Shown: one piece after another, positions 18,263 to 28,517 of the stretch | Numbering within the stretch: the first letter of the stretch is position 1 | Layout of the letters: every line of letters starts with the position of its first letter | NCBI GenBank assembly: GCA_964409595.1 | Contig: CAYPDR010000022.1 | Span: 20,399 to 84,398, forward strand | DNA length: 64,000 nt | DNA from: an uncultured Dehalococcoidia bacterium | GTDB taxonomy: Bacteria; Chloroflexota; Dehalococcoidia; Lucifugimonadales; UBA826 | Direction: 5' to 3' | Made by a program: the position numbers and the translations under genes | The notes under the pieces: model-generated | What the model was told of the DNA's origin: nothing | Database searches by the model: none | What the model saw: the letters and a program-made list of their open reading frames with translations, nothing else

Positions 18263-19603
18263 TTGTTCATGAATGCGTCGGAAAAACTAATAAAGAGGTT
18301 TCGTAACAGAGAAGCGAACATCGCAGTCGTAGGGCTTGGCTATGTTGGGCTTCCGTTAGCAGTCGCATTTTCTGAAGCGGGACATCACGTGACAGGAATA
18401 GACTCATCAGAGACAAAGATCGAAGCATTAAAACGCGGAATATCTTATATAGACGATGTGCCAAGCGAAAAGATATTGGGTTTGTTGAACAATCGTAGCG
18501 GGCGACCAATTTGTTTCGCCTCCGATTACAGGTCAGTTGAAGTATCTGACGCTGTGGTAATTTGTGTCCCTACCCCACTCGCCAAGACTGGTGATCCAGA
18601 CATTAGTTACATTTTGGCCGCAGGTGAAAGTATTGGGGTAACACTAGCGGAAGACACACTGATAGTTTTAGAAAGTACCACCTACCCGGACGCTACCAAG
18701 GAATTATTGGCACCATTGATCTCAGACTCCGAGAAAGGTAATTTCACATTGGGAGAAAATGTATTTTTGGCTTATTCTCCAGAGAGAATTGATCCTGGCA
18801 GGACCGATTGGACTGTGACAAATACTCCAAAAGTTGTTGGAGGAATGACTGCGGGTTGTACAGAATTAGCGTCAGAACTTTATGGAACTATAATCGACAC
18901 TGTTGTGCCAGTTTCTAATACTACTTCGGCGGAGATGGTAAAGCTTTTAGAGAATACTTTTCGCGCAACTAACATAGCTCTAGTTAATGAAATCGCGATC
19001 ATGTGTGAGAGACTCGGAGTAGATGTGTGGGAAGTAATTTCGGCGGCTGGCACAAAACCTTTCGGATTCATGCCTTTTTATCCCGGCCCTGGGTTAGGAG
19101 GACACTGTATACCGATCGATCCTAAGTACTTGTCTTGGCGTATGAAGAAACTTGATTATGAGGCTCGGATCATCGGTGTGGCAGATGAAATTAACTCTGG
19201 CATGCCAAGATATGTTGTCAGTAGGATTAAAGATATACTCGGTGCGAAAAGCAAACAATTATCTGGTTCCACAGTACTGGTACTGGGGGTCGCATACAAG
19301 CCAGATGTTAGCGATCTAAGAGAGTCTCCAGCTTTGGACGTTATGAGTTTGTTAGAGGAAGAAGGCGCGTGTGTTTCCTATAACGACCCATATGTCCCTT
19401 CGCTACTGTTGGAGGAGACGGAATCCAAATATCATTCAGTTGAGCTAACCTCTGATGTTCTCTCTGAGAAAGATCTGGTAGTGATAATTACAGACCATTC
19501 CAGCTATCAGTGGGAATTCATTTGTTCTATGGTAAAACACATACTTGATACTAGAAACGCTATAACGCTCGATCAAGTCTCTTCTAGAGTATCTAAATTG
19601 TGA
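18263..19603 (+). CDS. UDP-N-acetyl-hexosamine 6-dehydrogenase-like nucleotide-sugar dehydrogenase (WbpA/TviB family)
   Basis: VVGLGYVGLPLAVAF, CVPTPL, YSPERIDPG, NIALVNE and GGHCIPIDPKYL. An alternative ATG start lies at 18269. Confidence 0.75.
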   Translation: MFMNASEKLIKRFRNREANIAVVGLGYVGLPLAVAFSEAGHHVTGIDSSETKIEALKRGISYIDDVPSEKILGLLNNRSGRPICFASDYRSVEVSDAVVICVPTPLAKTGDPDISYILAAGESIGVTLAEDTLIVLESTTYPDATKELLAPLISDSEKGNFTLGENVFLAYSPERIDPGRTDWTVTNTPKVVGGMTAGCTELASELYGTIIDTVVPVSNTTSAEMVKLLENTFRATNIALVNEIAIMCERLGVDVWEVISAAGTKPFGFMPFYPGPGLGGHCIPIDPKYLSWRMKKLDYEARIIGVADEINSGMPRYVVSRIKDILGAKSKQLSGSTVLVLGVAYKPDVSDLRESPALDVMSLLEEEGACVSYNDPYVPSLLLEETESKYHSVELTSDVLSEKDLVVIITDHSSYQWEFICSMVKHILDTRNAITLDQVSSRVSKL

Positions 19604-19637
19604 CCTTATATTTTATAAAGGCGGCGTTTGTAAATAA

Positions 19638-21035
19638 ATGAGACCAACGTCTAGTGACATTACTTTGGGTGTTCTAGGATTAGGACATGTTGGATTGCCT
19701 ACGGCTATTGGGCTTGCTGAATTAGGTTGGAAGGTGATTGGTTCCGATGACTATACGGAAAAGGCCGATCAGATAAGAGGAGGAGTTGCCCCGTTCTATG
19801 AGCCAGGTCTTGTAGAACTACTTAGGTCTAATTTAGATAGTGGAAATTTCATTGTAGGGCGGTCAGTAGAGGAAACCATTGAAAAAAGCGACGCAATTTT
19901 CGTTTGTGTTGGAACCCCGCAAAATGAGGATGGCTCGGCTGACTTATCTCAGATTGAGGCAGTTGGAAGAGTGATCGCCCAAAACGCGAGTTCTGATCTC
20001 GTAGTTGTTGAAAAAAGTACAACCCCAGTTTCTACGGCAAAACGACTAAAAGATACAATGACCCGCTATTCACGCGACAATCTAAATATAGATGTTGCCG
20101 TTAATCCTGAATTCCTTAGGGAAGGTTCCGGGATGAAGGATTTTTTTAATCCAGACAGAATCGTTCTCGGAGTGGAGTCGGAGGCTGCTAAAGGGTTATT
20201 GCTGAAAATATATGCACCATTGCTTGCCAGGGCCGACAACCTGAGTGTCGAAATGATAGATCAAAACCACCCAAAGTATCTCATCACTGATTTAAACACT
20301 GCTGAACTTATAAAACATGCTTCAAATAGTTTCTTAGCAACAAAAATCTCCTTTATCAACGCGGTTGCTGATATATGTGATCAAGTTGGTGCAGATGTGA
20401 TGAACGTATCTAAAGGGATGGGTATGGATCCCCGTATAGGTAATAGCTTCTTAAACCCCGGTCTCGGTTTTGGGGGCTATTGCTTGCCGAAAGATGTAAA
20501 GGCGTTTACGAAGATTGGCGAAGATCTTGGCGTGGACATGTCCCTATTCAAGTCGGTGTCGAAGATTAACGAAAGCAGAGTGGGCCGGATCGTGACGAAA
20601 TTAAAAGACCGGTTATGGGTTCTAAATGGAAAGGTCGCAGCGATTTGGGGGCTTTCCTTCAAGCCAGGAACTGATGATATCAGAGAGAGCCCTAGTTTAT
20701 CTCTGGTAGAAGCGTTAGTACAAGAAGGTATGAAGGTGAAATTACATGATCCGGAAGCCTTGGATGCATTTAAAGAGGTGCGCCCAAACAGAAAAGGTGT
20801 TATCGAATATTATGAAACGCCGGAGGAGGCTGCAGAAGGTGCATACGTCATCATCCTTGCCACAGAATGGGAATGCTACGGATCCGTCGATTTCAGTATA
20901 GTGAAGGAATCAATGGAATATCCCTTGGTGATTGATGGCCGAAACTTTTTGGACCCTGTATTATTGGGCGAAGCTGGATTGGAATATGTTGGTACTGGCC
21001 GTGAAGAAACTTTCGGCAAACCAAGGGTACCCTAG
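19638..21035 (+). CDS. ugd: UDP-glucose 6-dehydrogenase
   Basis: [38 protein letters not shown] and [14 protein letters not shown]. Confidence 0.9.
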   Translation: MRPTSSDITLGVLGLGHVGLPTAIGLAELGWKVIGSDDYTEKADQIRGGVAPFYEPGLVELLRSNLDSGNFIVGRSVEETIEKSDAIFVCVGTPQNEDGSADLSQIEAVGRVIAQNASSDLVVVEKSTTPVSTAKRLKDTMTRYSRDNLNIDVAVNPEFLREGSGMKDFFNPDRIVLGVESEAAKGLLLKIYAPLLARADNLSVEMIDQNHPKYLITDLNTAELIKHASNSFLATKISFINAVADICDQVGADVMNVSKGMGMDPRIGNSFLNPGLGFGGYCLPKDVKAFTKIGEDLGVDMSLFKSVSKINESRVGRIVTKLKDRLWVLNGKVAAIWGLSFKPGTDDIRESPSLSLVEALVQEGMKVKLHDPEALDAFKEVRPNRKGVIEYYETPEEAAEGAYVIILATEWECYGSVDFSIVKESMEYPLVIDGRNFLDPVLLGEAGLEYVGTGREETFGKPRVP

Positions 21036-21037
21036 CC

Positions 21038-21985
21038 ATCACTGCGACAGCTTTTATAACGGGAGGCTCTGGTTTTCTTGGGTCGCATTTATGTGAGCGA
21101 TTGCTCTCCGAGGGCTATAGAGTTCTGTGTTTGGACAACCTTTTGACGGGGAGAGCCTCGAACATAGAACATCTATTCAGTAACGGCAAGTTCAAATTTC
21201 TAGAGGGAAACGTAACTGAGTACATAGATTGCCCCGAAAAGTTGGACTTTGTTTTGCATTTTGCCAGTCCTGCCAGTCCTAAGGATTATTTCGAGAATCC
21301 TATTCATACCCTTAAAGTAGGCGCTTTGGGTACTCTAAATGCCTTGGGCTTAGCTAGATCTAAACAGGCTGTATTTCTACTTGCTTCTACATCAGAGGTT
21401 TATGGGGACCCCTTAGAATCTCCGCAAAGAGAGACTTACTGGGGAAACGTAAATCCTGTAGGTACCCGCAGTGTATATGACGAGGCGAAAAGGTTTGCCG
21501 AAGCGATCACAATGTCGTACCTCAGAGAACATGATGTCGATGTCAGGATATGTCGTATATTTAACTGCTATGGGCCGCGGATGAGACCGAATGATGGTCG
21601 GGCATTGCCGAATTTTATAAACCAGTCTCTCTCGGGTAGGCCTCTAACAATATATGGTGACGGAAGTCAAACTAGGTCTTTTTGCTTTGTAGACGATTTG
21701 ATTGATGGAATATTCAAGTTTTTGGAAACTCCCCGAGGAAGATTTCATGATCTCTCGGATAGGGTAATAAATTTAGGTAATCCCGAAGAATTTACAATCT
21801 CAGAAGTCGCTAACTTCGTGAAACGAATCACTCGCAGTTCCAGTGATATTAAACATCTGCCTTTGCCAGAGGACGATCCAAAAGTAAGAAGGCCAGATAT
21901 TACGAAAGCTGCCAAGTTTTTGAATTGGTGTCCGACCATATCTCTGGAAGAGGGCCTCAAAAGGACCATAGCTTCATTTAAATGA
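21038..21985 (+). CDS. UDP-glucuronate decarboxylase (UDP-xylose synthase); start codon non-canonical or unresolved
   Basis: [46 protein letters not shown] and [15 protein letters not shown]. The Rossmann motif [11 protein letters not shown] (21059-21091) lies upstream of the first canonical start (TTG 21101). The frame is open from 21005, and the candidate starts are ATC 21038 and ATA 21056. Confidence 0.8.
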   Translation: MTATAFITGGSGFLGSHLCERLLSEGYRVLCLDNLLTGRASNIEHLFSNGKFKFLEGNVTEYIDCPEKLDFVLHFASPASPKDYFENPIHTLKVGALGTLNALGLARSKQAVFLLASTSEVYGDPLESPQRETYWGNVNPVGTRSVYDEAKRFAEAITMSYLREHDVDVRICRIFNCYGPRMRPNDGRALPNFINQSLSGRPLTIYGDGSQTRSFCFVDDLIDGIFKFLETPRGRFHDLSDRVINLGNPEEFTISEVANFVKRITRSSSDIKHLPLPEDDPKVRRPDITKAAKFLNWCPTISLEEGLKRTIASFK

Positions 21986-22032
21986 AGTATTTTGTGTTGA
22001 AAATGCCGGGATTTAGGAGAGCTTGAGTTAGT

Positions 22033-22695
22033 ATGGGTGGAGAGGCTAGGAAGAATGGCAAGACTAGGATTTTTGTTCAGGCCCGTATGACTTCGTCTAG
22101 GTACCCAGGGAAGGTGCTAGCACCTTTAAAAGGCACTCCTCTCATTGGGCATTTGATGACGAGGATATGTGAAGTGCGACCAGTTGAGGACATAATCGTC
22201 TTGACTAGTGTAGAGATCTCTGATGACCCACTGGTTGAATACCTAAATTACTTAGGGGTGCAAACCTTTCGCGGTCCTTTGGACAATGTTTTCCGAAGGT
22301 TTCAACTATGCTTAAAAGAATTTGAATGCCAATGGTTTTTTAGGATATCGGCTGACAGCCCATTATTTGAGCCTGACTTAATAAACAGAATGACTCCTTT
22401 CAGTGAGAGGAGTAAATTCGACTTGGTGACCAATGTTTTTCCTCGAAGCTTTCCTAAAGGCCATAGCTTGGAGATGTTGAAGTCAAGTGTCTTTGAAGGC
22501 ATAGATTCTTCGCTCCTTACGATTGACCAGAAAGAACATGTTACAAAGATTTACTATGACAACCCTTGCCAATATTCCATAAAGAATATCTCTTCCGGAA
22601 ATAAGGATATGGCGGAAATTAATCTTTGTGTGGATACTCTTCAGGATCTAAATAGGCTCAGCTCCTTCAATTTCCAAAATCCGTTAAAGACCTAA
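22033..22695 (+). CDS. SpsF/NeuA-type cytidylyltransferase (CTP_transf_3), module A
   Basis: The N-terminus IFVQARMTSSRYPGKVLAPLKGTPLIGH is characteristic of SpsF-like sugar cytidylyltransferases. Length is 220 aa. Confidence 0.75.
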   Translation: MGGEARKNGKTRIFVQARMTSSRYPGKVLAPLKGTPLIGHLMTRICEVRPVEDIIVLTSVEISDDPLVEYLNYLGVQTFRGPLDNVFRRFQLCLKEFECQWFFRISADSPLFEPDLINRMTPFSERSKFDLVTNVFPRSFPKGHSLEMLKSSVFEGIDSSLLTIDQKEHVTKIYYDNPCQYSIKNISSGNKDMAEINLCVDTLQDLNRLSSFNFQNPLKT

Positions 22696-22708
22696 GATAA
22701 CTTGCCTC

Positions 22709-23746
22709 ATGAAAACTGTTGAAACAGATAAAATAGAACACCTGCAAGTCGCGATCGTAGGGTTGGGTGTCGGCGAGCAGCACGCCCGTGCATTCAATAA
22801 AAACCAACGCTGTCAAATAAGATGGTTATGCGACTTTGATACAGAGAAAGCAAGCCGCCTAAGAAGTAATATAGGTTGTGTTGGGGCACTAATTACTCGC
22901 GATATTGGAGAAGTTTTAAACGATCCAGAAGTTGATGTGGTTTCGATAGCAACTTACGATCATCATCACTACAAGCAGGTCGTCGATTCCTTGAGTGCTG
23001 GCAAGCATACTTTTGTGGAGAAGCCTCTCTGCCGAGGATTAAAGGAACTGTCGAGAATCAAAGAGGTATGGCATAGACGACAGCCAGAACTTAAACTTCA
23101 ATCTAACTTAGTGTTGCGCGCAGCCCCACTTTATCAATGGCTGGAACGACTTATCATGTCCGGGGACTTCGGAGATGTATATTCCTTCGATGGGGAATAT
23201 TTGTACGGCAGACTCAGTAAGTTGACCCACGGATGGAGAAAAAATGTGCAAGACTATTCGGTACTCGAAGGTGGCGGCATACATTTAATCGATTTGATGC
23301 TTTGGTTGGTTAAGGAGAAACCTGTAGAGGTTTATGCTGTTGGTAATGGGATTTCCACCGAGTCTTCCGACTTTATTTATAACGACTTTTCTACAGCGGT
23401 TATGAAATTTTCATCAGGGCTGGTAGCTCGGATAACAGCTAATTTTGGATGTGTTCACAGACATCAACATGTAATGAGAATTTATGGAACCAACAAAACC
23501 TTTCTGTATGATGATTTGGGAGCACGTGTCCACCAGAGTAGAGACCCGGAGGTTGAGAGTTCACCAGTTTCCTTGCAACCCCTACCGTTGGGAAAGGGGG
23601 ACTTAATAGACGATTTTATCAATTCAATCCTTGATAAAAGGGATGTGGCGGAAATAACTCAGGGAACATTCGACGCCATAAGCGTCTGTGCAGCAAGCGA
23701 TATATCCATCAAGACAGGGCGTCCTGAGAAAATAGATTATGTGTGA
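22709..23746 (+). CDS. Gfo/Idh/MocA family oxidoreductase, module A
   Basis: The N-terminal Rossmann region is VAIVGLGVGEQHARAF, followed by the FVEKPL motif. Length is 345 aa. Confidence 0.8.
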   Translation: MKTVETDKIEHLQVAIVGLGVGEQHARAFNKNQRCQIRWLCDFDTEKASRLRSNIGCVGALITRDIGEVLNDPEVDVVSIATYDHHHYKQVVDSLSAGKHTFVEKPLCRGLKELSRIKEVWHRRQPELKLQSNLVLRAAPLYQWLERLIMSGDFGDVYSFDGEYLYGRLSKLTHGWRKNVQDYSVLEGGGIHLIDLMLWLVKEKPVEVYAVGNGISTESSDFIYNDFSTAVMKFSSGLVARITANFGCVHRHQHVMRIYGTNKTFLYDDLGARVHQSRDPEVESSPVSLQPLPLGKGDLIDDFINSILDKRDVAEITQGTFDAISVCAASDISIKTGRPEKIDYV

Positions 23747-24906
23747 AGTTTAATTTGAAGAATATTCCTTTTGCTCGCCCAACCCTCACCGATGATGAAA
23801 GACAGGCTGTCCATAAAGTGCTCTCCGGGCACATTCTTACCCACGGTCCTGAAACAGAATCATTTGAGGAAAAATTTCGAGATTTTGTAGGAGGGAATGC
23901 TTATTGTGTGGCTGTAAGTTCGTGCACGGCCGCACTTCACTTGGCGTATTTCCAGCTTGGTATACAGCCGGGAGACGAAGTCATAGTACCGGCGATGACT
24001 CATGTCGCTACTGCCCACGCTGTGGAACTAATGGGAGGCAAGCCTATTTTTGTCGATTGTGAGTCTGCAACAGGTAATATTAGTCCTGAAAAAATAGAAG
24101 AGAAAATTACTGGCAAAACGAAAGCAATTTCATTGGTGCATTTCCTTGGAATTCCCTGTGAATCTGATCGGATTAATCAGTTGGCAGATTCATACTCGTT
24201 GCCTCTCATAGAAGATTGTGCGCTGGCTATAGGGGCGAAATTTGGAGACGCCCATGTTGGGACAATGGGAGATGTTGGATGTTTTTCATTTTATCCGACA
24301 AAACATATGACAACCGGTGACGGAGGCATGTTTATGACAAGACATGAAAATATCGCAAAGGATATCTCCAAAATTAGGGCGTTTGGTGTTGATAGATCGC
24401 ATGGGGAGAGATCAATTCCAGGTATATATGATGTGCCGGTTTTGGGGTTGAACTACCGCATGTCTGAAATGCAGGCAGCGGTAGGCAAGGTACAAGTCGG
24501 GAAACTAAAATCGATTATTGAGAAAAGAAGCCAAAACTTTTCTAGGTTGAAAGACATGATTTCTATTCGAAACGATGTGTCAGTCTTAGATTCAACGTCA
24601 GACTTATCAAGTAATAGCCATTATTGCCTCACGGCGGTTCTGAAAGGCCAATTTTCTAATAGCCGTAATGCGATTATGGCCGAACTCAACAAAAATGGGG
24701 TCGGTACCAGCGTGTATTATCCTCACCCCGTGCCCCGATTGCAATATTACTCGAGTAAGTACGGTTACAAACAAGGGGACTATCCTAATGCAGAAGAAAT
24801 CAGCGATAGCTCCATTGCGCTCCCAGTAGGCCCACATATTTCGGATGATGACGTAGACTACATGGGCGAGGTTTTCAACTATATCGTTAATAAAAGGGAC
24901 TCATGA
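23743..24906 (+). CDS. DegT/DnrJ/EryC1/StrS-type sugar aminotransferase, module A
   Basis: PTLTDDERQAV, SSCTAALHLA and FSFYPTKHMTTGDGG (PLP lysine). GTG start overlapping the upstream stop (GTGA). Confidence 0.9.
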   Translation: MKFNLKNIPFARPTLTDDERQAVHKVLSGHILTHGPETESFEEKFRDFVGGNAYCVAVSSCTAALHLAYFQLGIQPGDEVIVPAMTHVATAHAVELMGGKPIFVDCESATGNISPEKIEEKITGKTKAISLVHFLGIPCESDRINQLADSYSLPLIEDCALAIGAKFGDAHVGTMGDVGCFSFYPTKHMTTGDGGMFMTRHENIAKDISKIRAFGVDRSHGERSIPGIYDVPVLGLNYRMSEMQAAVGKVQVGKLKSIIEKRSQNFSRLKDMISIRNDVSVLDSTSDLSSNSHYCLTAVLKGQFSNSRNAIMAELNKNGVGTSVYYPHPVPRLQYYSSKYGYKQGDYPNAEEISDSSIALPVGPHISDDDVDYMGEVFNYIVNKRDS

Positions 24907-25922
24907 TTAATACTCCTGAAAACAAAAAAATATTGTTAATAGGTGGTGCAGGTTTTATAGGGCATAACCTTGCTTTGCATTTGGCAAAGCTTGGTGGGAC
25001 TGTTGAAATAATTGACGGGTTGCAAGTAAATAATTTGCTTACATACTCATCATCTTACCCAGATCTTCATAACAAGGAATTGTATTTGAAGATTATCAAC
25101 CAGAGGCTAGATCTGTTGAGAGATGCCGGGATTCCTCTGCACCCTGTCGATGCTAGGGACTATCATGTCTTGTCCAATCTGATTAATAGGCAGATAAAGC
25201 CAGACGTAATAATACATTTGGCCGCAGTTTCTCATGCGGGGAAGTCAAATAAGGACCCACACAGTACTTTCGATCACAGTTTGAGAACTTTAGAGAATGC
25301 ATTGGATTCTGCCCGAGATCAGGTGGAGCAATTTATATATTTGTCATCAAGCATGGCTTACGGAAACTTTATGACAGAGAGGGTAACAGAAGATCATCCC
25401 TTGGAACCCATTGGAATCTATGGCGCCTTGAAAGTGGCCGGAGAAAAAATGGTTATCGCTTATCAGCAGGTTTTTGATATCCCTTACACGATTCTTAGGC
25501 CCTCCGCCCTTTATGGACCACGATGCGTGAGTCGAAGAGTTGGTCAGATTTTTATAGAAAATGCGCTTAGCAACTCTAAACTGCGTGTCGACGGTGATGG
25601 TAGTGATCGTCTGGATTTCACCTACATAGAAGATCTTGTACGTGGGATTTCGTCTGCGGTGGGCCACCCAAAGGCCGCGAACGAGATATTTAATATGACT
25701 TACGGCCAGTCAAGGTCCATTAGAGAATTAGTTGAGATCATTCAGTACCATTTTGAAGATGTAGAAATCGAGCATGTTGATCGAGACGAGTTGATGCCAT
25801 TTCGGGGAACTTTGAGCATCGATAAAGTTCGAGATGCCCTTGGGTATGAACCTGGGTTTCCTCTAGAGTTTGGGATGGAAAAATATGTCTCCTGGTATAG
25901 GGACCTTTATCACCAAGATTAG
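24903..25922 (+). CDS. NAD-dependent sugar epimerase/dehydratase (extended SDR), module A
   Basis: IGGAGFIGHNL and YGALKVAGE (YxxxK). ATGA overlap with the upstream gene. Confidence 0.8.
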   Translation: MINTPENKKILLIGGAGFIGHNLALHLAKLGGTVEIIDGLQVNNLLTYSSSYPDLHNKELYLKIINQRLDLLRDAGIPLHPVDARDYHVLSNLINRQIKPDVIIHLAAVSHAGKSNKDPHSTFDHSLRTLENALDSARDQVEQFIYLSSSMAYGNFMTERVTEDHPLEPIGIYGALKVAGEKMVIAYQQVFDIPYTILRPSALYGPRCVSRRVGQIFIENALSNSKLRVDGDGSDRLDFTYIEDLVRGISSAVGHPKAANEIFNMTYGQSRSIRELVEIIQYHFEDVEIEHVDRDELMPFRGTLSIDKVRDALGYEPGFPLEFGMEKYVSWYRDLYHQD

Positions 25923-25927
25923 GGAAC

Positions 25928-26734
25928 GTGAGGATGCCCATAAATGATTTGATCAGCGTTTCCCGTGACGATTGGTTGTGCAAAATGATGGAACGCGATG
26001 TTTTCAAAGTCGTATTTCCTGAAAACAAGGCTGGACCAGAAACATCTTTGAAATCATTGCGCTATGAATTATCCGATTTATTTAGCATGTCGCCAGATGC
26101 TTTCTACTACGTAAGAATTCCTTCTGGTGAACAATTCCAATTGGCCTACATGCAAGACTTGGGCTTTAATGTTGTTGATCTGAATGTGACATTAGGCCGA
26201 GATTCAAAAAGTCAGTTTTCTGTCAGAAGTGATAGTTTTGTGATAACCCAATGGGAAGATTCGGATGATAACGAGGATATATTGGATATTGCTTTAAAAT
26301 CCTTTAAATATTCTAGATTCCACTTAGATCCACTGATACCAAACGCTTTAGCTAATTACATAAAAAGAGAATGGATTAGAAATTATCTTAAAGGGAATCG
26401 TGGGGAGTGTTTGCTGGTAGCGACACTAGAGGGCCAACCAGTTGGATTTCTAGCAGTTTTGACTGATGTGAACCAGGGTGAAGAACTTAGAATTATAGAT
26501 CTCATAGCCGTGGGAGGAAGGCATCAGAATAGGGGAATAGGGAAAGCACTGGTGGCGCGGTTCATTGAGCTCTACGCCGGTAAAGGATTCAACCTGAAAG
26601 TCGGGACACAGGCAGCCAACATAGCTTCTATAAATCTTTATCAAAAGTTGGGATTTCACGTAGAAGAAACCTCGTACAACCTTCATGCGCACTATAGAAA
26701 TAAACGGCTTTTGCATAGTGCAACTGCGATTTAG
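25928..26734 (+). CDS. GNAT N-acetyltransferase, WecD (amino-deoxy-sugar N-acetyltransferase)-like architecture
   Basis: The C-terminal GNAT core is QNRGIGKALV. The SRFHLDP and LKVGTQAANIASINLYQKLGF blocks are colinear with what I recall of E. coli WecD. Confidence 0.65.
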   Translation: MRMPINDLISVSRDDWLCKMMERDVFKVVFPENKAGPETSLKSLRYELSDLFSMSPDAFYYVRIPSGEQFQLAYMQDLGFNVVDLNVTLGRDSKSQFSVRSDSFVITQWEDSDDNEDILDIALKSFKYSRFHLDPLIPNALANYIKREWIRNYLKGNRGECLLVATLEGQPVGFLAVLTDVNQGEELRIIDLIAVGGRHQNRGIGKALVARFIELYAGKGFNLKVGTQAANIASINLYQKLGFHVEETSYNLHAHYRNKRLLHSATAI

Positions 26735-26754
26735 ATACTAAGGAAAAAATAGGT

Positions 26755-27564
26755 ATGGGTGACCTTCCTCTCAAAGTAGCTGTCTTAACAACTAAAACCC
26801 CCCATCACCTATATTTTTTGAGGGAAATACGAAAGCGCCTTGCAGGAATTATTACCTTAGATTTGGTCCTTGTTGAAGAGCGGCCAGTTCCTTTCCGTAA
26901 ACTTTTTCTCAGGTATTTACGGAACCATTGGTACAATCCCGTCAAGGGAATCCTCCTTAACCCTTATATGAACATTCCATATAAACCTAAGGAGCAACAT
27001 GCTTTCGAGATGGAACGTTTTTTTTCTTCAGCGGAGTATGGATACGATGAAGGAATTTTAGTGGAGAATGTCTGGTCGGTAAATGGGAAGCGATCCACCG
27101 ACTTGTTGAATCAGGTGTCGCCTGACGTGATTATGGTTTATGGAACGGGTCTGGTAAATTCAAATATCTTCGAAATTGCGAAGCTAACATCGATCAACTT
27201 TCATGGTGGATGGCTTCCAGATTATAGAGGGTCGGACACTAACTTGTGGGCCGCCTTGAAAGGCGATTACGATAAAATTGCTGTGGCTTGCCATAAGTTG
27301 GACAAGACGTTTGATACAGGTCCTGTTTTTATGATGGAAAGACTTTTACCGGTTGCCGATTTATCTGTACCCACGATTAGGTATTACACTACACTACTCG
27401 TAATTGATATGGCTGAAAAGTTGTTACGTTCCATCTCTAATGGAACCGTGGAGGCTGTCAACCAACCAGCAAAGGGGGATTTCTTTAGATTTATGCCTTG
27501 GATCTTGAAACCTTGGGCAAATCGGGGTCTTCGAAATTATGCCCGCAATTACGTCAGGAGATAA
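26755..27564 (+). CDS. formyltransferase-fold protein (Formyl_trans_N-like)
   Basis: INFHGGWLPDYRGSDTNLWA matches the N.H.S.LP.yRG motif of formyl/acyl transferases. The substrate is unknown. Confidence 0.6.
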   Translation: MGDLPLKVAVLTTKTPHHLYFLREIRKRLAGIITLDLVLVEERPVPFRKLFLRYLRNHWYNPVKGILLNPYMNIPYKPKEQHAFEMERFFSSAEYGYDEGILVENVWSVNGKRSTDLLNQVSPDVIMVYGTGLVNSNIFEIAKLTSINFHGGWLPDYRGSDTNLWAALKGDYDKIAVACHKLDKTFDTGPVFMMERLLPVADLSVPTIRYYTTLLVIDMAEKLLRSISNGTVEAVNQPAKGDFFRFMPWILKPWANRGLRNYARNYVRR

Positions 27565-28504
27565 ATTGAGAGAATACAAACCACACGGAAGTAAAGAATA
27601 TGCTGTCATTTTGTATCATGGGATTCATGGGCCCGATGTTGATTTAGCTGGTCGTAATAGCTCAGGAAAACATATAAGTGTTTCCGAGTTTAGGAAACAC
27701 ATGGAGATAGTAGCTAATGAGTGGAATTTGGTCACTATGTCCGACATAAGATTGGCCCACCAAGGTGAAATTGAGCTCCCTGAAAGAGCCGTGGCTATCA
27801 CCGTTGATGATGGATTTTCTAACGTTTATCATCAGGCATGGCCAATACTAAAAGACTTAGGTCTCAAGGCAACTTTTTACTTAGCGACCGGATTTATAGG
27901 CACTGGGAGGATGAGCTGGACTGACCAGCTGGAAAGCATGTTGTTGGATTCATCTCTAAAAAATCTAAATGTCAAAGCTTCCGGCCAAAATAAGGAGTTT
28001 GATCTTTCTAATGTGGATAGTAAGGTTGCCACCCTCCAGGATATCAAATCCGTTTATAAGAGGCTTCCCTTCAAAGATGTAGAACAATTATTAGAAGATG
28101 TAAAAAACCAATTAGATTGTGGACCGGATTCAACGCACCAACTTTACGAGATGTTAAATTGGGACCAAGTTAGAGAGATGAATGAGGAAGGAACTTTTGA
28201 TTTTGGGGCCCACACGGTGGACCATATTCCTGTTTCTCGGATCCCGTATGAGGAAATGAAATATCAAGTATCGGCGTCTTTGGAAAAAGTTTCTGACGAA
28301 CTTGATAGTGAGATAAGGGTGTTTTCGTACCCGGAAGGGCAGTCAGACGATTACGATCAGACGTCCATAGACTATCTAAAGTCCATTGGGGTGGATATGT
28401 GTCCGACTGCTATAGAAGGGGTTAACAATTACAAAAAGACAGATCCATTCCACATTAGTAGATGTATGATTGGGTTTGAAGGTAGATCTTTTGTATTAGA
28501 TTAA
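27539..28504 (+). CDS. polysaccharide deacetylase (NodB homology domain)
   Basis: ITVDDGFSNVY (the Asp-Asp motif) and HTVDH (metal His). 26-nt overlap with the upstream gene. Confidence 0.75.
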   Translation: MPAITSGDKLREYKPHGSKEYAVILYHGIHGPDVDLAGRNSSGKHISVSEFRKHMEIVANEWNLVTMSDIRLAHQGEIELPERAVAITVDDGFSNVYHQAWPILKDLGLKATFYLATGFIGTGRMSWTDQLESMLLDSSLKNLNVKASGQNKEFDLSNVDSKVATLQDIKSVYKRLPFKDVEQLLEDVKNQLDCGPDSTHQLYEMLNWDQVREMNEEGTFDFGAHTVDHIPVSRIPYEEMKYQVSASLEKVSDELDSEIRVFSYPEGQSDDYDQTSIDYLKSIGVDMCPTAIEGVNNYKKTDPFHISRCMIGFEGRSFVLD

Positions 28505-28517
28505 AAAAGGACAAACC

